A DNA stretch of 64,000 bases, from contig MHCC01000027.1 of assembly GCA_001816475.1 (NCBI GenBank), positions 11,312 through 75,311 on the forward strand. Reading direction: 5' to 3'. How positions within the stretch are numbered: position 1 is the stretch's first letter; every line of letters begins with the position of its first letter. Shown piece after piece: positions 38,248-48,355 of this stretch. Source of the DNA: Candidatus Blackburnbacteria bacterium RIFCSPLOWO2_01_FULL_40_20 (lineage in GTDB: Bacteria > Patescibacteriota > Microgenomatia > UBA8517 > UBA10165). Position numbers and translations under genes: made by a program. The notes under the pieces are model-generated. The model saw only the letters and a program-made list of their open reading frames with translations, was not told the origin of the DNA and did not search any database.

Positions 38248-38507
38248 TTTTCAATAATAATATTCTCTTTACTCATGGTCCCTAAAAACTTCCCAATTTT
38301 GGACACATCTACTTTAAGAAGCTGGTAAATCTCTTCTATGCCTATTCCAGGATTTTCATCAATTGTCCTCAGAATATTATACCCAAACTTATTAACTTTG
38401 ATAATTTCTTCCGTCACAGAATTAAAAACAATTGTTTTATAATTATTTTTCTGGTCAAGTTGAGGACAAAATAGAACCGCAAGAGAATTTATAAAATACT
38501 TCATCAA
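38244..38507 (-). CDS. PqqD-like small protein (RRE-like), paralog 2
   Basis: 87 aa, TIVFNSVTEEIIKVNKFGYNILRTIDENPGIGIEEIYQLL parallels paralog 1. Confidence 0.6.
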   Translation of the reverse strand: MMKYFINSLAVLFCPQLDQKNNYKTIVFNSVTEEIIKVNKFGYNILRTIDENPGIGIEEIYQLLKVDVSKIGKFLGTMSKENIIIEK

Positions 38508-38543
38508 AAAAACAGCAGGAAACTCTATTAACTTCTAAGGTGC

Positions 38544-40205
38544 TTAATCCAATGGGACATACCTAGTCCTGTCTATGTTCATTCTTTTACCAACATTCAA
38601 TTCTCTTATCTTACCTAACATTTCTACGGTTGGTTCAACATCCGCAATCAATTCTCTCTCAATTTCCTTTGGACTCGCCTTACCTACTAACCCTAAATAC
38701 CAGTTATTAGCTGTAAAATATTTTTTTGCTACTTTCGCGACGGAGTCGATTGTAATTTCTTTATATATTTTTGCTATTTCTTGTGGAGTGTAACTTTTAC
38801 CCGAGAGAAACTCTTGTTCACCGTACCATCCATTATAATCCGCAGTTGTTTCCATATTTAAAAGAAGTTCACCTATTGTTTGACTTTGCGCTATTTCAAA
38901 TTCTTCCTTCGAAAATTTACCTTTAGCAACTCTCTTAAATGAATAACATATCTGTTTAATTGTCTCGTTTAAAAATTTTCTACCTGTGGACGTTTTGAAA
39001 TAAATATATCCTTCCTCCTGGAGTAAATCCTGATCTAATACCCAATCATAGATAAACCCCTTCTCTCTTAATTCATTAACCAATATGCCAGAAAAGGATC
39101 CTCCAAGTAATCGACTAATTAAACGTAAAGCGTGTGTGTCGTTGTGGTCTTTTTTTATAGTTTTGAAACCAAACATTAGATAAGTATTATCTGTATTATT
39201 TGGTAATATTTTCAAAGAACCGCCCTTATGTGGCGCAATTTTTTGTGCGGCATTTTTCCCTTTATTCTTTATATCACCAAAGTATTTTTCTACAATGTTT
39301 AAAGCGTAATTTGTATCGAAGTTTCCGGCTATACAAAGAACTCCTTTGTTGAAAGATATTTCATCTATAAATTTTTGTACATCAGTTATTGATATATCAT
39401 TTAGATCATTAACATTTCCTGTGTATGGTCTTGCGAGTGAACTCCCCCTCCAAAACGCTTCATTCCAAGCATAATCCCAAACTGCTATGTTTGGCTCAAA
39501 TCTGTCCTTGTTAATTTCCTCTATCACAGATTGTTTCTCTTTTTGTAATTCAACGTTTTTTAATAGCGGGTAACGTATAGTTTGTTGTAAAACGTCAATT
39601 CCATGTATGTCCAAGAGTTTATTAAACTCTTCGTCGACAAAACCACCAATCGCACAACATTTTAATCTCATTGCTTCGGAAATTAAATACAAATTTTGAG
39701 CTACATGTCCACATTCCATCAATATAAACCTATAACCTCGCTCTTCATATTTTATTCTGGTTCTATCCAGAACGGCGGATAATATTATCACACACGACGA
39801 GTCCCCAACAAAAGATTGTCCGGTATTGTCAACTAGAAAATTTTTGTTAGATCCTTTTCTTAATTGTTCAATTGAGTTGTTTTTAACATTAAAATGATAT
39901 ACTCCTTTTTTTAATGTCTTAACATTATTTACCTTTCTTGGCTTTCCCGACTCAATCAACATTAAAAACCAATGAACAGTCACCATAGTAATTTTTTTAT
40001 TCGCATCATTTTTAACTTCGTAAGTAAACTCACCAAGATATTCAACCGGTTTTGCCCTAAATCCGGTTTCTTCCAATACTTCCCTTATTGCAGTTTGCTG
40101 AAGACTTTCTCCTGGTTCTTGATGTCCTTTTGGTAAAGATGTGTCCTTAACTGCTACGCGATCAATGGCTACAACACTAGCAATGCCATTTTCAACAGTC
40201 ACCAC
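38544..40205 (-). CDS. fusion protein: NUDIX hydrolase + nitroreductase-fold (SagB-type-like) fragment + M16-peptidase C-terminal (non-catalytic) domain
   Basis: Perfect Nudix box GHQEPGESLQQTAIREVLEETGF; nitroreductase C-terminal signature YRFILMECGHVAQNLYLISEAMRLKCCAIGGFVDEEF; last ~330 aa align to the C-terminal part of the M16 protein at 18524-19846 without HxxEH. Confidence 0.65.
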   Translation of the reverse strand: MVTVENGIASVVAIDRVAVKDTSLPKGHQEPGESLQQTAIREVLEETGFRAKPVEYLGEFTYEVKNDANKKITMVTVHWFLMLIESGKPRKVNNVKTLKKGVYHFNVKNNSIEQLRKGSNKNFLVDNTGQSFVGDSSCVIILSAVLDRTRIKYEERGYRFILMECGHVAQNLYLISEAMRLKCCAIGGFVDEEFNKLLDIHGIDVLQQTIRYPLLKNVELQKEKQSVIEEINKDRFEPNIAVWDYAWNEAFWRGSSLARPYTGNVNDLNDISITDVQKFIDEISFNKGVLCIAGNFDTNYALNIVEKYFGDIKNKGKNAAQKIAPHKGGSLKILPNNTDNTYLMFGFKTIKKDHNDTHALRLISRLLGGSFSGILVNELREKGFIYDWVLDQDLLQEEGYIYFKTSTGRKFLNETIKQICYSFKRVAKGKFSKEEFEIAQSQTIGELLLNMETTADYNGWYGEQEFLSGKSYTPQEIAKIYKEITIDSVAKVAKKYFTANNWYLGLVGKASPKEIERELIADVEPTVEMLGKIRELNVGKRMNIDRTRYVPLD

Positions 40206-40282
40206 TACCCCGACACGTCTTGATAAAGTTGGTAGTCTAAATCCTTATTGTCATTACTCATAAATTTATTCTGTCAAGCTAT

Positions 40283-41356
40283 TTAATAGCTATTCATCAG
40301 TTGTATTACTTGCATATTCTCAAATCCTTCAATCGTATGCGGATCTGCAGTCGTTATAATTGTTTGCTGCTTACCCACAATTGAAATTACAACATCTCTG
40401 TGTTTGTGGTCTAATTCTGAAAATATGTCGTCCAATAAAAGCACTGGCCTAACCTTAGTCTTTTCTTCAATAAATGAAAGTTCTGCAAGCTTCAACCAAA
40501 GCACTCCCATCCGCTGTTCTCCCCGTGAACCAAAAATTGCCAAATCTCTTTTGTCACTCGTAGTTTGTCGTTTATCGTATGTCGTAAACTTCATGTCGTC
40601 GCGGTGTGGCCCAACCAATGTTTTTGCAGCTGCTACTTCTTCGTTTGCATATTTCTCAAGACGCATAGGCGAAATTATACTTTTGTCGTATTCTAAAGAA
40701 AAAGATTGGTCATTTAGGGCGGGTGTGTTATTAACAAATTCAATAAATTCTTCCCGTTTTGAAGTCAGATATTCACCATTTTTAATCAACAATTGGTCCC
40801 AAAATAAAAGTTGAGACCTTGATACTTCACTATCTCTTATTCTCTCTAATAGTTTATTTCTTTGCCGCAGTCCTTTTTCGTAAGATAACAAGGACCTTGT
40901 ATATTCGCGATCCGTTTGGACTAAAACACTGTCTAAAAATCTACGACGTAGTGATGGAGACTCTGTAACCAGCTCCATGTCCCATGGTCCAAAAAGTACG
41001 ACTTTTAAAATACCTGCAAAGTTGTAAAGCCGTTTTGCAACTCCGTTTACAAAAAACCTTTTCTTATTTCCACTGGAGTTGTTTTTCACAATCACAATTT
41101 CTAGCGCATCTTTGTCTTTATCTGTATCTGTATCTATAATGCCATTCGCCCTTCCCACTTCTTCTCCCTCTTGGACCATTTCGTCCTCACGTCGTGCTTT
41201 AAAAGACCTGCCTGTTGCTAACAAATTTATCGCCTCAAGGATGTTTGTCTTCCCAACAGCGTTAGACCCCACAATAATCGTCATAAGATTCTCAAAATCC
41301 AACTTCTTTTCTTTGAAGTTTCGAAAGTTCCCTAAATGAAGTGCTGATATTTGCAT
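40283..41356 (-). CDS. recF: DNA replication and repair protein RecF
   Basis: Walker A GSNAVGKTN, SMC-like RecF architecture, 357 aa. Confidence 0.85.
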   Translation of the reverse strand: MQISALHLGNFRNFKEKKLDFENLMTIIVGSNAVGKTNILEAINLLATGRSFKARREDEMVQEGEEVGRANGIIDTDTDKDKDALEIVIVKNNSSGNKKRFFVNGVAKRLYNFAGILKVVLFGPWDMELVTESPSLRRRFLDSVLVQTDREYTRSLLSYEKGLRQRNKLLERIRDSEVSRSQLLFWDQLLIKNGEYLTSKREEFIEFVNNTPALNDQSFSLEYDKSIISPMRLEKYANEEVAAAKTLVGPHRDDMKFTTYDKRQTTSDKRDLAIFGSRGEQRMGVLWLKLAELSFIEEKTKVRPVLLLDDIFSELDHKHRDVVISIVGKQQTIITTADPHTIEGFENMQVIQLMNSY

Positions 41357-42253
41357 TTACTTTTGGCAATTGGGGCAATAATATGTTCCGCGCCCTCCCA
41401 AACGAATTTTTAGAATTATTCCCCCACAATTATTTGGACAAGGTTTGCCTTCGCGGCCGTAAACCAGAAAATGCTCTTGATAGCCACCCCCTTGTCCCAA
41501 GACATTTACAAAGTTCATTTCTGTTGCCCCACCATATTTTAGCCCTTGTTTTAATACTTCAATGATTGATTCATATAACTTAGACTGTTCTCTTAGACTT
41601 AGACTGTTTGCTTTTCTTGTTGGGTCTATCCCCGATAAAAACAACGCGTCATTTGCATAAATATTTCCAACCCCGCCGATTTTTTTCTGATCCATTAATA
41701 AAACTTTGATTTTTTGCAGAGTTCCACTAACAATCCCCCTAAAAACATCAAGGGTCAAGAAGGCTTGCCCTGAGCGAGTGTTAGCGAGTCGAATGGGTTC
41801 AGGTCCTAACTCGTGGATAAAAGGAAAATCTACGACACTTTCGGTAGGCAAAATCCTAATCCAACTAAACTGCCTTATATCGTTGTAATATAAATTTCCT
41901 CCTTTATCTAAATTGAGGATAAGATGCGTGTGTTTGCCTGGCAATGGCCCAGTAAGTTCACTTGATAATATGGATTCTTTTGGCCTATTGGGACCCAAGT
42001 AAATGAACTGTCCTGTTAATTTTATATGAGCAACTAAAGAAAAATTATTGTCTAAATCCAAACTCAACACCTTGCCAAAACGCCTTGCCCCAATTATTTT
42101 TCCACCAGTCAATTTTTCCGTATCGCCTTCTTTAACAATCTTTGGAAGCCGTACATCAACACCAACCACTTCGTGACCTACAATGTACTTCTCCATTCCC
42201 ATTCTTATGGTTTCAACTTCAGGAAGTTCTGGCATCTTGCAATACTGAAGCAC
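41357..42253 (-). CDS. mutM: formamidopyrimidine-DNA glycosylase
   Basis: N-terminal MPELPEVE catalytic Pro2/Glu3, C-terminal zinc finger CPNCQK. Confidence 0.85.
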   Translation of the reverse strand: MLQYCKMPELPEVETIRMGMEKYIVGHEVVGVDVRLPKIVKEGDTEKLTGGKIIGARRFGKVLSLDLDNNFSLVAHIKLTGQFIYLGPNRPKESILSSELTGPLPGKHTHLILNLDKGGNLYYNDIRQFSWIRILPTESVVDFPFIHELGPEPIRLANTRSGQAFLTLDVFRGIVSGTLQKIKVLLMDQKKIGGVGNIYANDALFLSGIDPTRKANSLSLREQSKLYESIIEVLKQGLKYGGATEMNFVNVLGQGGGYQEHFLVYGREGKPCPNNCGGIILKIRLGGRGTYYCPNCQK

Positions 42254-42294
42254 GGAGAATCCACTGAAATCACAGAAAATTACCGTGCCTCAAC

Positions 42295-42663
42295 TTATAA
42301 TATCACTCGTTTTATTTCAAGCTTGCTCTTTCCAAAATTCAAAATTAAACCCAAACGTAAACCAGTGGCCTTCAAATAACCAATTACTTGTTTTTTGTGC
42401 ACATCCATTATTTCCCTCACAGATTTTAACTCTACAATTACTTTTTCTTCCACTTTAAAGTCTACTACTTCGAAACCTACATCTTTACCTTCATATAAGA
42501 CCCTAAAAGTATCTTCTCTTTTGCAATTTAATTCCTGTTTTCTAAATTCCTCCAACAAGGATCTTTGGTAGATCTTTTCAGGGTATCCTGGGCCAAGTTC
42601 TTTATGTACTTTAATTGCAGCGCCAATTATCTTAGCAGTCAACTCGCTGTGCAAATAATCCAT
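42295..42663 (-). CDS. GxxExxY family protein
   Basis: GPGYPEKIY (GxxExxY) motif, ~120 aa. Confidence 0.5.
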   Translation of the reverse strand: MDYLHSELTAKIIGAAIKVHKELGPGYPEKIYQRSLLEEFRKQELNCKREDTFRVLYEGKDVGFEVVDFKVEEKVIVELKSVREIMDVHKKQVIGYLKATGLRLGLILNFGKSKLEIKRVIL

Positions 42664-42665
42664 CT

Positions 42666-43829
42666 TCAGTGTTTCTGTGAACTTCCCTGTGATCTCTGTG
42701 AATGCACGCTTTCTACATATTCCTTAATCTCTCTCTTAAATCTTTCCCTTGAAAACTTCTCTCCTTGTTTTTTACAATCCTGCGGCTTAATTTTTGTTTT
42801 GCCTAATTTTTGAATGGCATTATACAACCCCTCGGTCGTGTAGTCATCAAAAAATATTCCAGTTTTTCCTTCTATTACTGTTTCTTTATAACCCCCACCA
42901 TTAAACGCTACAACTGGTGTTCCTGCAAGCATGGCCTCGACTGGAGTTATGCCAAAATCCTCGTCTCGCGACAGGGCTAAAAATGCTTTTGCGCCAAAAT
43001 ACAAATCCTCCAACCTGTCATCGTCAACAAATCCCAAAAACTCTACATTTTTTCCAGCTTTTTGCTTTAAGCTTTCTAAAAGTTTTGAAAACCCAGAAGG
43101 CCCACCGACCACTTTTAATGGAAAACCATATTTGTTTGCAGTTTCTACAGCCAACTCCAACCCCTTACCGCCAACAACCCTGGCCACAGTCAAATAATAT
43201 TCTCGTGATACCCGTGGTGCTTGTGATACCCGTGATACTTCCACCGGGGGATAAATCACCTTCGCATCTCTATTGTAAAATCTCTTAATGCGATTCTTTA
43301 CTTCTTCAGAATTTGCAATAAAATAATCAACTTTTTGAGCAGATTCAAAATCATACTTCCTCATAAAAGGATTAACAACTGAAGAATATATTTTTGTGAG
43401 CCAATTTGGAGTTACTGAAGTATGGTAGCCATAAAGATATCTTGGCGGTGTATGGCAATAGCAAAACTCGACTGGTTTACCAGTCGTCCCTAACGTAGCC
43501 TTGGGCGAAGTGTGACCTCTCTGTCCAAACCCCTTTGTCACATACCAACTTGCTGAAGAAATAACAACATCATAGTCGCGAAAATCAAAACTTCCCCAAA
43601 TAAGTGGAGCCAAAATTCGCAAGGGGCTGTGAAGTTTGGTTGAAAAACCAGGAATATTTTGAACCCAAGAAGGCCTTACATCTTTCCCTTTTAACATTTC
43701 TAGCGTTCGTCCATTTTTGTAAAACGCGGTATAGATTGGCGCGTCCGGCCAAATTTCAGACAAAGCCAAGAGTACTCTTTCTGCACCACCAAACTCACTA
43801 ATGTAATCATGAACCAAAGCAACGCGCAT
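42666..43829 (-). CDS. GT4 family glycosyltransferase
   Basis: GT-B fold, C-terminal EDFGITPVEAMLAGTPVVA (E-x7-E region), 387 aa. Confidence 0.8.
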   Translation of the reverse strand: MRVALVHDYISEFGGAERVLLALSEIWPDAPIYTAFYKNGRTLEMLKGKDVRPSWVQNIPGFSTKLHSPLRILAPLIWGSFDFRDYDVVISSASWYVTKGFGQRGHTSPKATLGTTGKPVEFCYCHTPPRYLYGYHTSVTPNWLTKIYSSVVNPFMRKYDFESAQKVDYFIANSEEVKNRIKRFYNRDAKVIYPPVEVSRVSQAPRVSREYYLTVARVVGGKGLELAVETANKYGFPLKVVGGPSGFSKLLESLKQKAGKNVEFLGFVDDDRLEDLYFGAKAFLALSRDEDFGITPVEAMLAGTPVVAFNGGGYKETVIEGKTGIFFDDYTTEGLYNAIQKLGKTKIKPQDCKKQGEKFSRERFKREIKEYVESVHSQRSQGSSQKH

Positions 43830-43831
43830 AA

Positions 43832-44755
43832 TTAAAACAGGCTTGTCTGCCCTCCTTCTTTATCTTTATCTGCATCTGTATCTTTATCAGTTACACCCCG
43901 CACTCTTGCCAACAAACTCTTAAATCCTAATTCTTTAAGTTTATCTATAAATTTTTCATTTGTTTTTAAATCTGCCAATTTTGCTTTTTCCAAATCTAAC
44001 TCCACTGGTACTCTTGCCGAGATTTGTGCTAATTTTTGTGACATTAATGCGCTCTCTTTGCCCTCTTTTAATTTTTTCTTTATGTTCTCCTTTACCCCTT
44101 CAACATTTCTGTACAACTTTTCCAAATTTCCAAACTCTTTTAACAGTTCCACTGCCGTCTTTGGTCCAATCCCGGGCACTCCTGGATAGTTGTCAGATGA
44201 GTCACCAGTTAGAGCTTTGTAATCGACAATCTGTTCAGGCGAAATTCCCAAATACTCCTTAACTTGTTTCTTATCAAATACTCGTCCTTCAGACATTCCT
44301 CGAGTCAACATGTAAACTTTCACCCCATCATCCACCAATTGAAAAATGTCTCGATCGCCAGTAACAATTATTACCTCGGACTTACCTTTGCACTGTCTGG
44401 CTAATGTTGCAATCACGTCATCCGCCTCAAACCCCGGAGCCGTAAAAATTGGAATTCTAGCCGACTCAACCACTTCTTTCACTAGAACTATTTGTCCTTT
44501 TAACCCGTCATCCATGTGGGGCCTGGTTGCTTGGTACGCGATATAAGTTTCGTGTCTGAATGTCGGGATTGGCAGATCAAATGCCACAACCAAATAATCT
44601 GGTTTAAGGTCTTGGTATACCTTTAGAAGCATCAAAACAAAACCGTAAACTGCATTAACTAGTTGGCCATTAGATGAGGTAAGTGGAGGAAGTGCGTGAA
44701 ACGCCCTGTACAATACAGCATGTCCATCTATCAAAACCAGTCTTTTCATCTGCAC
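43832..44755 (-). CDS. 5'-3' exonuclease (Pol I N-terminal domain/FEN-like, standalone)
   Basis: LVLIDGHAVLYRAFHALP, acidic metal-binding residues and H3TH region, 307 aa with no polymerase domain. Confidence 0.85.
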   Translation of the reverse strand: MQMKRLVLIDGHAVLYRAFHALPPLTSSNGQLVNAVYGFVLMLLKVYQDLKPDYLVVAFDLPIPTFRHETYIAYQATRPHMDDGLKGQIVLVKEVVESARIPIFTAPGFEADDVIATLARQCKGKSEVIIVTGDRDIFQLVDDGVKVYMLTRGMSEGRVFDKKQVKEYLGISPEQIVDYKALTGDSSDNYPGVPGIGPKTAVELLKEFGNLEKLYRNVEGVKENIKKKLKEGKESALMSQKLAQISARVPVELDLEKAKLADLKTNEKFIDKLKELGFKSLLARVRGVTDKDTDADKDKEGGQTSLF

Positions 44756-44848
44756 CCCCTGTCCACCTGCCCCGTAGCAAGCGAAGCGAGCTTTACGGGG
44801 TCAATTAAAACCAACTTGCTCATGTGGAAATTGTAACATGAAGACTGA

Positions 44849-46750
44849 TTATTCCGCTCTTACCTTCGCGAGAACTTTTTTTAGTCCCACTATTTTTTCA
44901 AATTCGTCCCGATCCAAAGTTTCTTCCTTAATCAACGCCTTCGCAACGTTGTTAAGTTTTGCTCTAGTCTTTTTCAATACCTCCATGGCAGAGCTATAAC
45001 AGCCTTCCATGATTTTACTTATCTCATTGTCAATCTTTTCCTGCATACCTTGACTCACAGGTGTAGACTCTCCAAGTCTTCCTCGCCAAGCCTCGTCGTC
45101 ATTAATAGCCCCCCAATTTACAGGGCCCAACTCACTCATTCCAAAATCAACAACCATGCGACGAGCAAGATGTGTCGCGTTCTCAATATCGTTTGCTGCC
45201 CCTGCGGTCATCTCGTTAAACATAAGGTTTTCTGCTGCTCGTCCACCAAGCATCATCGTTATCATTTCTAAAAGTCTTGTTTTTGTTTCATGGGTGCGAT
45301 CAAACTCCGGAGGAATATAAGTATGCCCCAAGCTCATTCCACGAGCAACAATTGAAATTCTGTGAACTGGGTCCATGTGGGGAAGTATGTGCGCGACAAG
45401 GGCGTGACCAGCCTCGTGGTAGGCTGTAATTTCTTTATCTTCTTTTGATTGAAGCCTACGTTTCGCCGGACCTAGTTTAACTTTTGTCGCTGCTTCTTCA
45501 ACGTCTTCCATGTTTATTTCATCTTTATTGTCTCGTGCTGCCAAAATAGCTGCTTCGTTAAGCATGTTTTCCAAATCCGCACCAGAAAATCCAACCGTAC
45601 GTGAGGCAACCCGATCCCAATCGATTCCCAAAGCAAACTTCTTACCCTTAGCGTGAATTTTTAGGATAGCGACTCGTCCTTCTTTGTCAGGAAGGTCGAG
45701 TGCAACTCGTCTGTCAAACCTACCGGGGCGAAGAAGTGCGGGGTCAAGTAAATCTCCTCTGTTTGTTGCTGCTAAAACAACAACGTTATCGTTTGGAGTA
45801 AATCCGTCCATCTCAACCAAGATTTGGTTAAGTGTTTGTTCACGCTCGTCGTGACCTCCGGCAAGCCCAAATCCACGCTGCCTTCCGATAGCGTCAATTT
45901 CATCAATAAAGATAATTGCAGGGGACGCCTTTTTGGCAGTTGAGAAAAGATCTCGGACGCGTGAGGCACCAACTCCAACCAACATCTCCATAAATTCAGA
46001 TCCTGCCATTGAGAAAAATGGGACTCCAGCTTCGCCCGCTACAGCTCGTGCAAGCAAAGTTTTTCCAACACCTGCCGGACCAACCAACAACACACCCTTT
46101 GGCGTGCGAGCTCCAATCGCTTTATACTTTCCAGGGTTCTTCAAGAAATCGACAACCTCCTCAAGTTCTTTTTTAGCCTCATCAACTCCAGCCACATCTT
46201 TGAAGGTTGTGTTTTGTTTACCTTTAGCAAAAAGCCGGGCTCCGGATTTCCCAAAAGAAAATAAATTATCTTGTGCTCCTCGTGCTTGGCGGAAAATAAA
46301 CAAGAAGAATATTGCCATTAATCCAACTGGAAGAATTATTCCCAAAAGGTCGATTATTGTGCGTGATAACACTCTGTCCTCAACTGAATACTGAACTGCT
46401 GATGGCTCGATATTGGCGTTTTTAAGAAGCTGGGCAAAGCTTTCTGAAGGTTCTTTCGTAGAGTATTTAACTCCACCATCCTTGTATGTCACATCAAGTT
46501 TTTCGCTTGAGACTTTTACGTTCTCAACTTTGTTTTCTTTAATATCATTCAAGACTTGCGACACGGGGACGCTTTCTTGTCCTGGTCGCACACCTAATGA
46601 AAGTAAAAATGGTCCGATAAAAAGAAGCGCCAAAACAAATAGTAGAATATTTTGAAGCTTTATTTGGAACTTAAACTGGAAACCCTTTTTAGGAAGTTTC
46701 CCGTTTGTTCCATTCCCATTTTTTATCTGTTTGTTGTTAGTGTTTGCCAT
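44849..46750 (-). CDS. ftsH: ATP-dependent zinc metalloprotease FtsH
   Basis: N-terminal TMs, AAA Walker [22 protein letters not shown] zinc motif. Confidence 0.95.
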   Translation of the reverse strand: MANTNNKQIKNGNGTNGKLPKKGFQFKFQIKLQNILLFVLALLFIGPFLLSLGVRPGQESVPVSQVLNDIKENKVENVKVSSEKLDVTYKDGGVKYSTKEPSESFAQLLKNANIEPSAVQYSVEDRVLSRTIIDLLGIILPVGLMAIFFLFIFRQARGAQDNLFSFGKSGARLFAKGKQNTTFKDVAGVDEAKKELEEVVDFLKNPGKYKAIGARTPKGVLLVGPAGVGKTLLARAVAGEAGVPFFSMAGSEFMEMLVGVGASRVRDLFSTAKKASPAIIFIDEIDAIGRQRGFGLAGGHDEREQTLNQILVEMDGFTPNDNVVVLAATNRGDLLDPALLRPGRFDRRVALDLPDKEGRVAILKIHAKGKKFALGIDWDRVASRTVGFSGADLENMLNEAAILAARDNKDEINMEDVEEAATKVKLGPAKRRLQSKEDKEITAYHEAGHALVAHILPHMDPVHRISIVARGMSLGHTYIPPEFDRTHETKTRLLEMITMMLGGRAAENLMFNEMTAGAANDIENATHLARRMVVDFGMSELGPVNWGAINDDEAWRGRLGESTPVSQGMQEKIDNEISKIMEGCYSSAMEVLKKTRAKLNNVAKALIKEETLDRDEFEKIVGLKKVLAKVRAE

Positions 46751-46797
46751 AACCTGAAAAATTTTAAATTTGAAAATTGAAAATTGTAAATTGAAAA

Positions 46798-47205
46798 TTA
46801 CTTGATTGTGTCTCCTTCCATTGCACCTTCTGGTGCTTCAATCGGTTTTTGTGTATCCCCGCAGCCTGCTGCTAATATCATCCCCTGGCTTTCCAAACCC
46901 ATCATTTTCTTGGGTTCAAGATTGTAAACAAAGATATATTTATTATCTTTAAAACCTTCTGGTTTTAGATATTGAGCCAGTCCTGCAAGAACTGTCCTTT
47001 GTTCCTTCCCAAAGTCTACAGAAAGCTTAATAAGCTTTTGGCTACCTTCAACAGAGGCTGCATCAACCACCTTACCAACCCTTAATTCAAGTTTTAAAAA
47101 ATCTTCGTATGTAATCACTTTGCCGAATATGAAAAACTTCTCCATCCTACAAACGTGGGGTGAAGGAGAGCTCATTGAGGCTAAATTATAACACTTTTCG
47201 GCCAA
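46798..47205 (-). CDS. tRNA-binding domain protein (CsaA/Trbp111/EMAP-like)
   Basis: LELRVGKVVDAASVEGSQKLIKLSVDFG OB-fold tRNA-binding signature. Confidence 0.65.
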   Translation of the reverse strand: MAEKCYNLASMSSPSPHVCRMEKFFIFGKVITYEDFLKLELRVGKVVDAASVEGSQKLIKLSVDFGKEQRTVLAGLAQYLKPEGFKDNKYIFVYNLEPKKMMGLESQGMILAAGCGDTQKPIEAPEGAMEGDTIK

Positions 47206-47317
47206 TAATGGAAGAAGGGTGTATTCACAAGATAGATCAAAAAGCAGCCATTCAAAGACAAAAGGGCACGTTCCCAGGCGGAATTCATCCGTCTAAAAAC
47301 GTGCCCCTACTCTGTGG

Positions 47318-48346
47318 CTAGGCAAGGCGTGTGTGCATCTTCTGCAGCCTGTAAATACCCCAACACACCATTAGTACGCCAGCTACACGCACTAGCCAAA
47401 CCAACGTATCAGTCGGTACACTTCCAAACAGTCCCGGCCAAACCACTTCACCAGCAAGGGTAATTGGAACAGCCAAGATTGCCTGGACCGAAAACCCAAG
47501 TAAAAAAACGTACGATACCGCAACCCCCAATGTTTTCTTGGCAACCATCCTTAGGCTGATCGCCAGATAGACGAAAAGCATCGTAGCAACTACAAATGCC
47601 ATCGTCTCGACAGTTGTAACCGCCTTATGCGTAACCTCTCCAAGGAGACCTGTTTGCCCTCTTACAACGGCAATCAAAATCACCGTCACAGTTCCTACAC
47701 TGGCCAGCCAAACAAACCTCCAGATAAAGAAGTTCGCCCCATCGCTTGTACGCGCCCCCCGTTGCTCGAGAACCTCGTTAAAGGCGTTCAAGGGATTTGA
47801 GATCAGTATCATCGAGACGACAACAACCATTATCCCTGAGAACGACCCTCCGAACGCAACCAGCCCACACCCAATGACAGAAATTACTGCTGGAATCAAG
47901 AACTCGCGAAACTTCAGCTGCTTTTGCACTACATCATAGATGGCGGTCAGTACGAAGACCATTCCGCCAAAGACCACAAGGACGCTCGGATCAGCTTCTT
48001 GGTTGCCACGCAGGTTTGCAAGCGTGCTTAAGGCTGATATGCCTCCTGTCAGTGCTGCAAAAATGTGCATCCTCTTGTTTCGAAAAATAAACCCTGAGAA
48101 ATCAGGATCTATTAGTCTTCTTCCAAGAAAGAACGAGAACACCACACCGCAGAGAACTCCAACCCATCCCCCAACAATGAGGTATGCAGACGCCGCAGTT
48201 GCCTTATCTTCCGACAGTATGTAGTTGTGCACGACTATGTTGTCCAGTGCTTTATACCCTGCAGTAAAAGCACCCGACAAAACGCAGAGTGCAAAAACCG
48301 ATCGCCATGTCCCACTCTGTTTGAGCGCGATAGAAAAAGTGCTCAC
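47318..48346 (-). CDS. polytopic membrane protein, unknown function
   Basis: ~9 predicted TM helices. Confidence 0.35.
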   Translation of the reverse strand: MSTFSIALKQSGTWRSVFALCVLSGAFTAGYKALDNIVVHNYILSEDKATAASAYLIVGGWVGVLCGVVFSFFLGRRLIDPDFSGFIFRNKRMHIFAALTGGISALSTLANLRGNQEADPSVLVVFGGMVFVLTAIYDVVQKQLKFREFLIPAVISVIGCGLVAFGGSFSGIMVVVVSMILISNPLNAFNEVLEQRGARTSDGANFFIWRFVWLASVGTVTVILIAVVRGQTGLLGEVTHKAVTTVETMAFVVATMLFVYLAISLRMVAKKTLGVAVSYVFLLGFSVQAILAVPITLAGEVVWPGLFGSVPTDTLVWLVRVAGVLMVCWGIYRLQKMHTRLA

Positions 48347-48355
48347 GTCTCCTCC

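Noticed and set aside
45933-46394. Long antisense ORFs inside ftsH, the ligase (15302-16347), the TrpD-like gene (52328-52663) and others in the ORF track
   Set aside because: They lie fully within well-supported genes on the opposite strand and lack start/SD context. Treated as spurious.
46762-46800. TTGAAAA x4 tandem repeat (and similar ttttcaa repeats at 16660-16700) as CRISPR-like or mobile repeats
   Set aside because: Too short, with no spacers and AT-rich low complexity in the promoter-region spacer between ftsH and the csaA-like gene. No CRISPR array is present in the window.
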